From Torpedo marmorata (lineage: Eukaryota), in contig OZ360220.1 of NCBI GenBank assembly GCA_977017645.1, positions 118,916,001 through 118,980,000 on the forward strand: a stretch of DNA of 64,000 bases. Reading direction: 5' to 3'. The first letter of the stretch is position 1, and each line of letters begins with the position of its first letter. The notes under the pieces were generated by a model that did no database searches, was not told the DNA's origin, and worked only from the letters and a program-made list of their open reading frames with translations. Both the position numbers and the translations under genes were made by a program. Below, in pieces: positions 25,462 to 37,707 of the stretch.

Positions 25462-26439
25462 CCGTATATTTCGGCGTATAAATCGACCCTTGAAACCCTC
25501 AAAATTGTCTGAAAAAAAGGGGGTTGACTTATACGCCGGATATACTTTTGAGACCTTAAAATCAGCTCAAAATTGAGTTCACGCCGATTCGGCGTATAAG
25601 TCGACCCCTGAAAACACGATTCGGCATATAAGTCGACCCCTGAAAACACGATTCAGCGTATAGGTCGACCCTGGAAGCGCCTACCCACCGCCAGCGCCGC
25701 CGCACCCCGACACCTCCCCACCGCCGGGTGCCGCCATAAACCACCCAGACATTCTACAATTGCAGAGCCCGAGGTCCCCGCTCCTACCCAGGAGAACGAG
25801 GTCCCCGCTCCTGCTCGGGAGAACGAGCTCCCCGCTCCTGCTCGGGAGAATGAGCTCCCCGCTCCTGCCCGGGAGAACGAGCTCCCCGCTCCTGCTCAGG
25901 AGAACGAGCTCCCCGCTCCTGCTCGGGAGAACGAGCTCCCCACTACTACCCGGGAGAACGACGTCCCTGCTCCTGCCCGGGAGAACGACGTCCCCGCTCC
26001 CGCTCAGGAGAACGAGCTCCCCGCTCCTGCCCGGGAGAACGAGCTCCCCGCTCCTGCTCGGGAGAACGAGCTCCCCGATCCTGCTCGGGAGAAAGACGTC
26101 GCCGCACCTGCTCAGGAGAAAGACGTCGCCGCACCTGCATCTTCCCGGCCAGAACCAAAGGTTTTTTTTACTGTCTTTTTTACTTACCGGTACTTGCTTA
26201 ATTTACAGCTTTGTAACTTGGCGATTGGGATGTTGTAACAAATTTTGGGTTGTTGCTGGGAGGCCCAGACAGCCTGAAAATTGGGGGTCGACTTATACGC
26301 CGGTCAATGCGCAACATCTCAGGCATCGCGATTTTTGGGGGTCGACTTATACGCCGGATATACCATAAAACCATTAAAATGAGGCTGAAAAAGGGGGGTC
26401 GACTTATCTGCCGGTCGACTTATACGCCAAAATATACGG
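25462..26439. mobile_element. Tc2/pogo-like (TcMar) non-autonomous DNA transposon nested in L1
   Basis: TIRs CCGTATATTTcGGCGTATAA.TCGAC with TA duplication at 25460-61 and 26440-41. Multiple subterminal cggcgtataagtcgacccc repeats at both ends. Confidence 0.85.
25788..26140. repeat. 27-bp GC-rich minisatellite, about 12-13 units
   Basis: Unit gagaacgagctccccgctcctgctcgg; produces the GRTSSPLLL repeat in ORF 25760-26368. Confidence 0.92.
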
Positions 26440-28186
26440 TAATAATCTTGCTACATTTTCTGAATCTTGCCTTTTTTTTTACAAAGCCTGTTTGATCCAT
26501 ATTTATTAATTTAGGTAACAATTTATTCATTCTATTTGCTAAAATTTTTGCAACAATTTTATAATCTGTATTTAATAATGAAATGGGTCTGTAAGATGAA
26601 GGTTTTAGAGGATCTCTACCTTTTTTTGGGGTCACTGTAATTATTGCCATCGAGAATGTTTCTGGAAGAGTGTGCGTTTCCATAGCCTGTTCTAATACTT
26701 GCATAAATATTGGAGTTAACAAATCCTTAAATTCTTCATAGAATTCAGGTGGAAATCCATCTTCTCCAGGTGATTTATTACTTTGTAAAGAAGTCATAGC
26801 TTCCTTTACTTCTAACTCAGTAATTGAAGCATTAAGTTATATTTGTTCTTCTAAAATTAATCTGGGTAATGTTATGTGCGATAAATAATTATTTATCTTA
26901 TTCTCATTTCTTAAAGACTCAGAACTATATAATTTTGAATAAATTTTTTAAAAAGATTCATTTATTTCTTGAGGTTTATATGTTACTACATTATTGTCTT
27001 TTTTAATTGCATTAATTATTCTTGAAGTCTGTTTCGCCTTTAATTGCCAGGCTAATACCTTATGTGACCTTTCACCTAATTCATAATATTTTTGTTTCGT
27101 TGTTATTATTGCTTTTTCAGTTGTATACGTTTGTAACGTATTACATTGAATTTTTTTATTAATCAAATATCTATGTTTATCTTCTGAAGGACAAATTTGT
27201 AAGTCTTTCTCCAATATTGTAATTTATTTTTCTAATTGATCTGTCTCTCTCGTATATCCCTTGTTAATTTTAGAAGTAAAACTTCTGATTTGGCGTCTTA
27301 AATATGCCTTTAAAGTGTCCCATATAATAAATTTATCATTTACCAAGTTCAAATTTGTATCACAAAATATCTGAATTTGTGTTCAAACAAACTCACAAAA
27401 ATCTTTTATTTTCAACAACAAAGAATTAAGTCTCCACCTATAAATCAATTTCTCCTTATCAGGCATTTTCATCATTATTAATAAAGGCGAGTGGTCAGAT
27501 AAATCCTTGGTTTATAGTCCGCTTCAACAACCCTTGCTTGCATTTGGGTGGAAATCAAAAATAAATCAATTCTTGAATAAGAGTCAAATCTAGTCGAATA
27601 AAATGAATAATCTTTCTCTCTAGGGTGAATCCTTCTCCATAGATCTATTAAGTTTAAATCTCTCATCAAATCCAGTGTTGCTTTAGTTGTTTTCGTTCTT
27701 CTTATTACCCGTGTGGACCTATCTAACAATGGATCTAAACAGAAATTAAAGTCTCCTCCTATTAAAATATTATCATGTGCCTGTGACAATAAATTTGAAA
27801 TCTGTATCTTCCAAATCACAACATGGTACCAAAGAATACTCAATGAAAATGTAAAACTGTCGATGCACCACCAGATTCAAGTAGATTTTCTTCCCTTTGT
27901 TATGAGCCTTTTGAATCGATCTCTCTTTTGTGAAATGATGATGCCCTTACACTGTTTTGACTGATTTTTTTTCTCTGACTTGCCTAAATAACATGGTGAA
28001 CTAAGTTGTTTTTATGGCATCTCAGCACACCTGGCAATGAGCAACAATTCACAAATTCATTGTTCCAGTAAATCTATTGGCATGTTTGCAACAGGATCAA
28101 AAGCAAGATCACATCATAACTGCAATTACAACATTGCAACCCTTGTGCAATTGAGAAATTCCAAAACTGCAGTAAAACTTCAATAA

Positions 28187-28799
28187 CACTGAACAACATT
28201 TTTTTTCAAAAGGTTTGCTTCCTGAAAAAAATTGAGGATTATGATAGATAACTTCAAGCTGAACACAAAGATAATTTCAGATTTTCTGTATCACATAGGA
28301 ATTTGGAGAAACATTAAATTAACTTTTATTGAATTTAGCATGTTTAATCACATAATAATGCTGACACTGCGTTAGTTCAAATGACCTAAAAATGTTTTGC
28401 TGCTGATTTTCATTTATACTCAGCATCTGATGCCTCTCGTGTCAGTTTCCAACAATAGTTGGCCAGCATTGATGGATTCCAGTTGCCCTGATACCACTTT
28501 TCCATGGTCGCAATGTCCTGGTGTAACCTTTCACCATGTTCGTCACTGACTGCACCAAGAACAGCAGGGAAGAAGTCCAAGAGCGAATACATAAAATGAA
28601 TTTTCAATGACATGTTGCACTTCATGGTTTTGTATGCTTGAAGTAGACTTAAAATTTGACAGGAAATCACAAACATAGGTTATATTAAAAAAAACGGTAC
28701 ATGATAGGAAACAATTAAGGTGATATTAGTGATCAGCAGCCCAAAATCCATAAAATACATCTAAATGTGTTCAGGAAGCAAACTCTTTGTTGTCCAGTG
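28187..28799 (-). mobile_element. Chapaev3-type (CMC) DNA transposon, internal-deletion derivative
   Basis: CACTG.ACAACA...TGTTGTCCAGTG termini with inner gtttgcttcctgaa IR; 3-bp TAA TSD. Transposase C-terminus MSLKIHF...LDFFP.VLGAVSDEHGERLHQDI..MEKWYQGNWNPSMLANYCW. Confidence 0.78.
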
Positions 28800-29553
28800 T
28801 AATCTGCCACCCTTGGGGCATTAGTGGGTCAGCCCAGCAGATTTTGCAGACCACTGGATATTGCATATATAACATACTGACACGCTTTTAACACATTTTA
28901 GATGTAATGTACCAGTGTAATAAATTTCCAGTGATCCTGGTGAGTTTAAATAAAGTGGACGAAACAAAACCTGGATAATTTAAAGGGAGTGTGGGATCCA
29001 GAGCCACTGTGACTGAAAGGAACCATGGGAACTGTTATGTATTCTAGGTTTAGAAATATACTGCACACGAAGACGTGATGCTTCATTCATTGTTTAATAC
29101 AAATCTAATATGGTTCCCCGCAGCACACAGTTTTTATGAGTGATGACGTCATCACGCCCGGTGTGATGATGTCATACATACGCAGGCGTATATACATAAC
29201 AATCTTCCCCCCCACAAAATAAATGCTTTGTGAAAATAACATATGGGCAGCACTTATACTAAACTACGATAACTACGTGGTGCTCCTAGACTAATGGGAG
29301 GATTACAATTACACTATAACGTAAGTATGAAATGATAAACCGCCAAGTCACTGTACAAAGTCCTTCAGTCATTCTGGAGGACGTTTTTCCCTTTTTGATC
29401 GTCTCAGAGAGGTAGAATCCATCGGGATACTTTGCGACTTCTCCAGACTCTTTGCCTTTTGGGGTAGTACCTCGGTTGGTGGCAAGGACTGTGAACTTTT
29501 TCTTTGGCGAACCCCATTCGGACGTTGCATAGGACTGGGCTGTTGAACAGGAC

Positions 29554-30773
29554 GTAGATCATATGATATAGATCATATATAGATCATATCGCATATAGAT
29601 CAAACCGCTCCACAGATGATGCCATCATTACCACCCTCCACCTAGCCCTCACCCACCAGGAAAATAAGGACGCATATGTTCGAATGCTGTTTATTGACTT
29701 CAGCTCGGCATTCAACACAATCATACCTCAGTACCTGATAGGGAAGTTGAGCGGGCTGGGCCTAAACTACACCCTCTGCAATTTGATCCTGGACTTCCTG
29801 ACAGGAAGACCTCAGGCAGTCCGGATTGGAAACAGCACTTCTAAGGTCATTACAGTGAGCACGGGGGCTCCCCAGGGCTGTGTACTTAGTCCATTGCTGT
29901 TCACCCTGCTGACTCATGACTGTGCAGCAAAACACAGCTCGAATCACATCATAAAGTTCGCTGATGATATGACCGTGGTGGGCCTTACCAGTAAGAATGA
30001 TGAGTCAGCATACAGAGATGAGGTGCAGTCGCTAATGGAATGGTGCGGAGCCAACAACCTGCATCTGAATGTAAACAAAACAAAAGAGTTGGTTGTCGAC
30101 TTCAGAAGGTCCCGGGGGGTTCATTCTCCATTGACCATGGATGGCTCTACCGTTGAGGTCGTAAAGAGTACCGAGTTTCTTGGAGTGCAGTTGGCGGAGA
30201 GTCTCAGCTGGTCCCTCAACACCAGTTCCATAGTCAAGAAAGCCCATCAGCGTCTTTACTTCCTGCGAAAGCTGAGGAAAGTTCATCTCCCACCCCTTAT
30301 CCTTATTACATTCTACAGGGGATGTATTGAGAGTATTCTGAGCAATTGCATCACCGCTTGGTTTGGAAACTGTACCATCTTGGACGGAAAGACCCTGCAG
30401 AGGATAGTGGGGTCAGCAGATAAAATTATTGGAGTCTCTCTCCCCACCATGACGGACATCTACAACACACGATGCATGAGGAAGGCTAAAAACATTGTGA
30501 AGGACTTCTCACACCCCTTTGGTAAACTGTTTTCCCTTTTGCCATCTGGAAGGAGGTACCGAAGCACTCGGGCTCGTACGTCCAGACTGTGCAACAGTTT
30601 TTTCCCCCAAGCCATCAGGCTCCTTAATTCCTAGATATATATGTGTATTAGCATGTTATAGTTTTTCTATTGTATTATAATATTTATGTACATCTGCCCA
30701 TGATCCTGGACAAAAGCTATCTCGTCTTACTGTGTATATGTAATGAACGACAAAGAAAGGTGACTTGACTTGA
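29554..30773 (+). mobile_element. Rex1/Babar LINE (second subfamily) nested in Gypsy
   Basis: ORF 29684-30634: [34 protein letters not shown]. (GACTT)n tail. Confidence 0.92.
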
Positions 30774-31112
30774 GTGTAGGACTGCTCTGTTGAGCCGTTG
30801 GACTGCTCGGATGAGGACTGCTCGGTTGAGAAGGGGCCTTACTTCTCAAAGATATTTCTGGAGCCCAGGGAATCTCATCTGGAATCTCATTGGGATCGTG
30901 AGCAGTGGGCGTGGCCATAGGATCATCCACCACACTCAACTGGTCGATGTGCCGTTTCCATATTTTAGTTCCCACCAGTATAGAATAAGAACAGGGACTT
31001 AGTTTGTTAAGAATAACCCCTCTCACCCACGGCTCCCTATTGTCCCGGTAGTCCCGTACCAGTACTCGCTCTCCCACTTCTAGAGATCTGGTAGATTTAC
31101 TTGGAGACGTTG

Positions 31113-31206
31113 TCAAGTCAAGTCAAGTCAAGTCACCTTTATTTGTCGTTCATTACCATATACACAGTAAGACGAGATAGCGTTTCTCCAGGACTATGGG
31201 CAGATG
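31113..31206 (-). mobile_element. 3' tip of the same Rex1 subfamily nested in Gypsy
   Basis: Reverse complement of about 30691-30773, with an (AAGTC)n tail on the + strand. Confidence 0.85.
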
Positions 31207-34200
31207 ATTGCTCTATGCGAAGGCTGATGTTCGGGTGTCCTGTGGAAAGTCTTGTTCTTAAGTTACGTACAAACATCAATTCAGCCGGTGTTCATTTGGT
31301 TGTAGAGTGCGGCGTGTTTCTATATCCTAATAGGAAATCTGAGATTTTGTGATTCCATGATGCGTTTTGGAGTTTCTTAGTTTTCATGGCCTTTATGAAA
31401 GTCTGTACAAAACGCTCTGCTTCCCCATTAGTGCTTGGGTGGAAGGGTGCTGATAAGACGTGTCGTGTACTGTTATTGCGTAGGAATACCTTAAAGGCAT
31501 CCAATACCATTATCGGAAACCAGTTCAATAGGCAACCCATATAATGCAAATATACTTTGTAGTCTTTCAATTGTCTGGTCTGTTGTTGTTTTTCTCATGT
31601 GTGATACCACTGGACATTTAGAGTGTGCATCGACAACAATTAGGAAGTTTTCTCCCATAAAAGGACCAGCGAAATCAATGTGAATCCTGTGCCATGGTCG
31701 CGATAGCCATTTCCATGGGTTAGCTTCGGCTTGAGGAGATTTAGGTTGCATCTCTTGACAAATGCCACATCTTCTTACTGTCTGTTCAATATCAATGCCT
31801 ATTGAAGGCCACCAGACATGCATACATGCCAACGCCTTCATCTGAACCATCCCTGGGTGGTTGTTGTGGAGTATGGATAACATGGCCGTCTGCCATTTTG
31901 TAGGAATGATTGTCCTGGTCCCCCACAATAATCAACCTTCTTCAATCGATATCTCATGGTGTTGTGTATAATAAGGTTTTAGTTCTTCAGAGATAGCTTC
32001 AGCCTCAGGCCACCCACTTAATGTGAAATATACGACTTTTGATAGTGTAGCTTCTTTCCGTACTTCTTTGCTGATCGTATTTGCCGTAATTGGTAAGCGG
32101 TGAAGTTGTTCTTGATTAATAGCTGTAGCTTCCACCGTCCATTTAATTATCTCATCTTTCTGTTCAGTTTCTGGTAGCGGTAAGTGAGACAGAGCATCAG
32201 CAGGGTTGTTTTGTGTTGCTGGTTTATGTTTCAAATCGTAATTATACGCGGCGAGCATCATGGCCCACCTTTGAATTCTTGTTGCAGCTAGTACTGGTAT
32301 CCCTTTTTTTAGGGCCTTGAATCAAACTCAGTGGTTTGTTGTCTGTTACTAAGGTAAACTTTCACCCATATAAGTATTGCTGGAATCGTTTGACACCAAA
32401 TATTATGGCAAGCCCTTCTTTTTCCAGTTGTGCATAATTACGTTCACAAGTCGTCAAAGATTGGGAGGCATAAGCCACTTTTTCCGTTACCTGTCACAAC
32501 ACCGCTCCTAATCCTACTGGCGAAGCATCCACCGCAAGGGTCACTTCTTTTTCTGGGTCATAGTGGACGAGAACATTGTCGCATAACGTTAATAGTTCTT
32601 TCAAGCGATCCACCACGTTACTAGTCTCTTCATTCCAGCACCATTTCTGGTCTTTTCTTAACAATTGGTTTAGTGGGCTGCACAGCGTTGACATATTTGG
32701 AATGTTCTTCCGATAATGATTAACCAAACCCAGGAACGACTGCAATTCGGCTCGGTTTGTTGGGTAGGGTACTCTGCGGACAGCTTCAGTACCCACGGTA
32801 TCCATTCGGACTCCTTCACTGTTAATTGTAAAGCCTAAATATGTTATGGAAGGTACCATAAATACACACTTGTCCTGGCGCAGATGGACGTTTGCTTGTT
32901 GCAATCGGGTTAGGACTTTTTCTAGGTTGGATAGGTGCTCAGAGTTGTCTCAACCTGTAATTATAATGTCATCGAGGTAACATCCTACATTAATGCATTT
33001 AATAATTTGTCCATGGCTGCTTGAAATATTGCCGGGGCTGCTGATATTCCGTATGGCATTCGGGTATAGGTGAATAACCCCAAGTGAGTATTGATTGCCA
33101 CATATTTCTTTGAGTCTTCATCCAATTCTATTTGTTGGTTTGCTTGTGATAAATCCAGCTTCGTGAATTTCTTTCCTCCGTTCAGGGCCTTGAATAATTC
33201 TTCTGCTTTGGGCATGAGATGTTCTGGTATCTGCAAAGCCTGGTTAATGATTACTTTGTAATCACCACAAATTTGGATTTCTCCATTGGCTTTTCGCACT
33301 GGCATGATGGGTGCTGTCCAATCGCTGTATTGGATTCTTTCCAGTATTCCCTCATTTTCCAATCTGTTAAGTTCCGATTCAATCTTTCCTTTTATTGAAA
33401 ACGGTACCGTTCTGGGCTTAAAAAACTTAGGTTGAACACCTGATTTCAGGTGTAATTTTGCCTGGACTCCTTGGATTTTTCCAAGGCCTTTTTCGAAAAC
33501 TGTCTGGTACTTCTTGAGAACTGGCTCCAGTTTTGGTTTGGCCTTATCTTCCAGGCATAAGTTCATTACGGATCCAATTTCCATCCAATCTAGTTGAATG
33601 TGTGATAGCCAGTTTCTTCCGAACAACGCCGGCCCCTTGGTGTCAACGATGTAGAGGGGAAATCTTTTTGGTGTTTGTTCTTTATATTTCACGTTTACAT
33701 TGCATTTTCCAAACACCTTGACCTTCTCCCCAGTGACCGTTTTTAACACCATGTCGACCTCTTTAATGGTGAGGTGGGGTAGCAGTCGTTTTTTTAAAGA
33801 TTAGTGGCATTAATGACACTGCTGCCCCTGTGTCCAACTCCATTCGAAGAGGTTCGGTGTTAATTTTCACCTTGATGTAGAATTCAGATTTTTTGTCCTG
33901 CAATCTGCGGATATACATGACTTCCACTGTCTTGTCTTCCTCCGAGTCATTTGTTTCAGTGCTGGTACTTTCATCGTTCTCCTCCACCATTCTTACTCCG
34001 GTGGAACGCTTTTCATATTTTGGTCCTTTCTTGTTATCCTTTTTACCTTTGTTTCTCGGACACTTGGCACTGATGTGCCCCTCTTTATCACATAGATGAC
34101 ATCCAGATCTTCTAAAATAACAATTATAAGGTCTGTGGTTGCTTTATCCGCAGCGAAAGCATTCATGGCGGGAAAATTTGCCCACCACCAGTGGATCGCC

Positions 34201-36029
34201 TTGGCTGATGTCCAAGTTATTATCAGCCAGTAATCGTTGTCTGGCACTGCGGTCTTTTAAACCCATTACTAATCGGTCTCTTAATGCTTCGTTTGAGAAT
34301 TCACCAAACTTACAGTGTCGTGACAGTTTACGTAATTTAGCCAAAAATTCACTTACCGATTCGCCCGTTCTCTGTTTTCTGTAATAAAATCTTTGTCTTT
34401 CTGCCATAACAGGTGGTTTGAGACTTAGATGTGCGCCTATTATAGCACAAAACTCTGCATACGTTTTTTTTCCTGGTCTTTCAGGTGCAACCAGAGATTT
34501 TATCAGTTGAAATGTCTTACTTCCCATTTGGCTTAGAAACAGCGATCGTTTTCGGTTCAAAGGCGCAGTCTCAGTAATATTATAGCCAAGACAGGGATGA
34601 TAAAAATCTTTCTACATAGTCATACGAGTTTTCTTCCGAGTCCATGAACTTTCCAAACTGTGTCTCCGCCATTTTGGGTCTTTTTCTTCTTTGTTCTCCG
34701 TGTTTGAGTTTGTGGGGTCCACTGTGGGGATAATCTTGTGTTTCCTCTTTAAATCTTCACTCCAACGTTTGGAGCATAGAGGAGGTTGTTTTGATCCTCG
34801 TTGCCAATCTGTTATGTATTCTAGGTTTAGAAATACACTGCACATAAAGACGTGATGCTTCATTTATTGTTTAATACAAATCTAATATGGTTCCCCGCAG
34901 CACACAGTGTATATGAGTGACGACATCATCACGCCGGGCGTGCTGACGTCATACGCACGCAGGCTTATATACATAACAGGAACAAGGCCCCAGTAAGTTT
35001 GAAAGTAGCACAGAATGGTGCCCTAGTGAGTTTCGAAGGAGTTTTGGGAAGGGGCTCCAGTGAGTTTGAAACAAGAAAGGGAATGTGAGTGCTGTTATGC
35101 TAAAAGGTTCACGGAGTCGTGCATGGGTGGGTTTAAAAATAAAGCATTTGGGGGACTGATGATTTTGAAGGGAGTGTGGAAAACAAAACATGCTGAACCA
35201 GATGCTGAATGGTGGGATTTTCAGGCAATAGGATAGCAGATTGCAGTAGTTTCACTTCATTTGATTAGCAACACATAAATATTGATTGCACCAGTTATGT
35301 CAAGTTGCTAACCTTATAATGAAACTTCCTTGTGAAAAATCAAAAGGAAGATCAATTGAATTAAAAATAAAATATTTTTCTCCCACACAGTTGCACCCAT
35401 GTTAACACTGGATTTATTTACCTTCAGCCTTCCTTCATCGGTTAAACATTACCCAGATTTTCCTTGCGCACTGTTTTCCTCTCTGAAGTGCAAGACACTC
35501 CTTCATTTTAATCTACTTTAGAATATATTCACAGTAACAATTATTCCTTCTGTGAACTGAGTCTCTGGAAGTATAAGCTTGCACCTTACTTTGCCACTGG
35601 AATTGGAATCATAACTCTCAGGGTGAACGTAAATATCACAGAGAACCTGAATAAAGTCGACATCTCACATTGCCTCCAGTTTTTTTTTCTGAATTTTTCA
35701 TTTGGGAGCTCAAAGATCGGAACATGCAGAATAAACATTGATCAATTCACATTCATCTTTGGTGGTTCGTGATTGGGAGTGGCATGAGCAGCTTTGTATA
35801 TCAGGCTGGAGTTTGCCAGAAAATACCAATAGGTCTGAATGTTAAGCGCATGCATTGACAAACATGGAAAATCACAAACATACTCAGTAATAATTGGCAG
35901 TGTACATTTCAAGAGCTCTGCTGCCGAACTCTCTGGATATGGAGCTCCATCTTGCTGAGATTGTCCAGCAGGCCTTTCGATGTTGAATCCATAACCCCTG
36001 TGACTGCAGTGGTGATTGTGAAGCTGCAA

Positions 36030-37050
36030 AGGTAAGTAATTGCAAATGACACAAAGGTAGGAGGTGTTGTGGACAGCATAGAATGTTGCTGTAGGTTACA
36101 ACAGGACATAGATTGGATGGAAAAGTAGCAGATAGAGTTCATTTTGGAAAAATGTGAAGTGATGCATTTTGGAAGATCGAACCTGAAGGTGCTGTTCAAG
36201 GTTAAGAGCAGGATTCTTAAAAGTGTGGAGGAACACAGGGATCTTGAGGTCCAGGTCCATAGATACCTCAAGGTTACCATGCAAGTTGGCAGGATTGTTA
36301 AGAAGGTGCATGATGTGTTGGCCTTCACTAGTCAGAGGATTGAATTCAAGAGCCATGAGCTAATGTTGCAGCTCTATAAAACTTTGGTTAGACCACACTG
36401 AGAGATTTATGTTCGGTTCTGGTCACCTCATTACAGGAAGGATATAAATGCTTTGGAGAGGGTGCCACGGAGATTTACCAGGATGATGCCTGGATTGGAG
36501 ATGTCTCTAATGAAGAAAGGTTGACTGAGCTACATCTTTTCTCATTAGAGCGACAGACGATGAGAGATGACTTAATAGAGGTGAATAAGATTATGAGAGA
36601 CACAGAGTGGACAACCAGCACTTTTTTTCACAAGGTGGCAATGGCAAATCCTAGAGGACATCTGTTTAAAGTGAGTGGAGGAAAGTTTAGGGGGAGATGT
36701 GAGAGATATACACAGAGAGTGGTGGGTGCCTGGAATGTATAACCAGGGGAGGTGGTGGAGGCTGATACAATATAGACATTTAAAAGAAGGTAAAGGTTCC
36801 ATTATTGTCACGTAATACTACATTTAGAATGTAACATACATGAAATTCTTTAATTTTTGTCTACCGTAAGGCAGACAGAGGGTCGTTATTTTGTCACAAA
36901 GACCCTTCGATAGGCACATTGATGCAAGAAGGTTATGTGGTGTGAGGTTGGGAAGGGTGAGATTGATGTAGAGTAGGTGGAAATACTGTAGGACGGCACA
37001 ACATTGTGCGCCAAAGGGCCCGTATCTTGCTTTACTGTTCTCGGTTCTTA
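36030..37050 (+). mobile_element. CR1-like LINE 3' part
   Basis: EKCEVMHFGRSN, RDLEVQVH, QLYKTLVRPH and SLERQTMRDDLIEV pieces plus a CR1 3' UTR. Confidence 0.88.
36788..36897 (-). mobile_element. 5S-derived SINE, 3' tail only, nested in CR1
   Basis: Reverse complement of about 62212-62322; flanked by an aaaga duplication. Confidence 0.85.
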
Positions 37051-37061
37051 GTCATATAATT

Positions 37062-37707
37062 TTTTATTTTTTTTTTAATTTTTAATATCAAAACATGTTT
37101 ATTGAACTGGAATTGTTGAAAAAGAAAATAAATACAAGTCACAGAAATATTCATGAGCCATTGTTGGATTTGGGGTGGGAAAAAAAGGCAGATTGAAAAT
37201 TTAGATCCACTATGCCAGAAATTAGAGGGCACATTCTTCCACGTGTTTCCCTTTGTAATTAGTCAAAACAGAAAGACAAGCTTTTCTTTAGTTGAAACAG
37301 TCATTTTTTAAACTATCAACTTGGAAGCCATTAATTCAGCATCTTCAGCCAGATTTAAAAAGGAGGATGGTCACCTGACCCAGGTACAAATTGATGAAAT
37401 GTTTTGTTTCATGAGTCACAAAGCTGCCAAAGTTTCTGCCCACAATTCAATGCCATGTGGGGTTGTATTTTTTGTCAAATTCCTTGTTGATAAAAGCAGC
37501 AATGTCTTTCTCAATGTTGTACTTCTCCAATGCTTGAGTTGCACAGTCTACAGCTTCCTGCTGCAAGTCTTCAGGCATATCAGCATTCCTAATGACAGCT
37601 TTCCTTTCAGACATTTTTGAATGCTTTCTATCTCTGCAACTGAAGCTAACTAGTGTCAGTGATTGAGTGACACAACGCACCCAACCCGCTCCTCTCTTGC
37701 AGCCGAA
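37062..37707 (-). pseudogene. DYNLL2: processed pseudogene of dynein light chain LC8 (DYNLL2-like)
   Basis: Intronless 270-nt CDS 37614->37345, [13 protein letters not shown]...[21 protein letters not shown]...LLFKSG*, with Cys56 changed to TGA. Has a 5' UTR, a 3' UTR with AATAAA (37097-37102), a poly(A) remnant, and TSD tcatataatt at 37052-61 and 37708-17. Paralogue assignment is tentative. Confidence 0.9.

Larger units (their letters stand above)
21996..27810 (-). mobile_element. L1-clade LINE, degraded ORF2 (endonuclease to C-terminus), with three nested insertions
   Basis: ORF pieces IGGDFN/YSRIDLFL (APE endonuclease), KSPGEDG/YRPISLLNTDYKI, LDAEKAFDR, SGYKINWDKS and CFRCGED. Poly(A) near 21996. 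Confidence 0.92.
29033..34978 (-). mobile_element. Gypsy LTR retrotransposon (Mag/K02A2.6-like), full-length, degraded
   Basis: 169-bp LTRs at 29033-29201 and 34810-34978; 5-bp TSD GGAAC. PBS tggcaacgaggat (tRNA-Ser-like) and a PPT next to 29202. Fragments of gag, DTG protease, YLDD RT, RNase H and integrase. Confidence 0.95.

Noticed and set aside
25788-26140. CRISPR-like array or repeat protein (ORF 25760-26368)
   Set aside because: Units are head-to-tail with no unique spacers and no cas genes. It is a minisatellite inside a TA-flanked transposon, and the ORF is a by-product of a 27-bp stop-free unit.
37321-37620. Plus-strand 99-aa ORF
   Set aside because: Antisense shadow of the DYNLL retrocopy.
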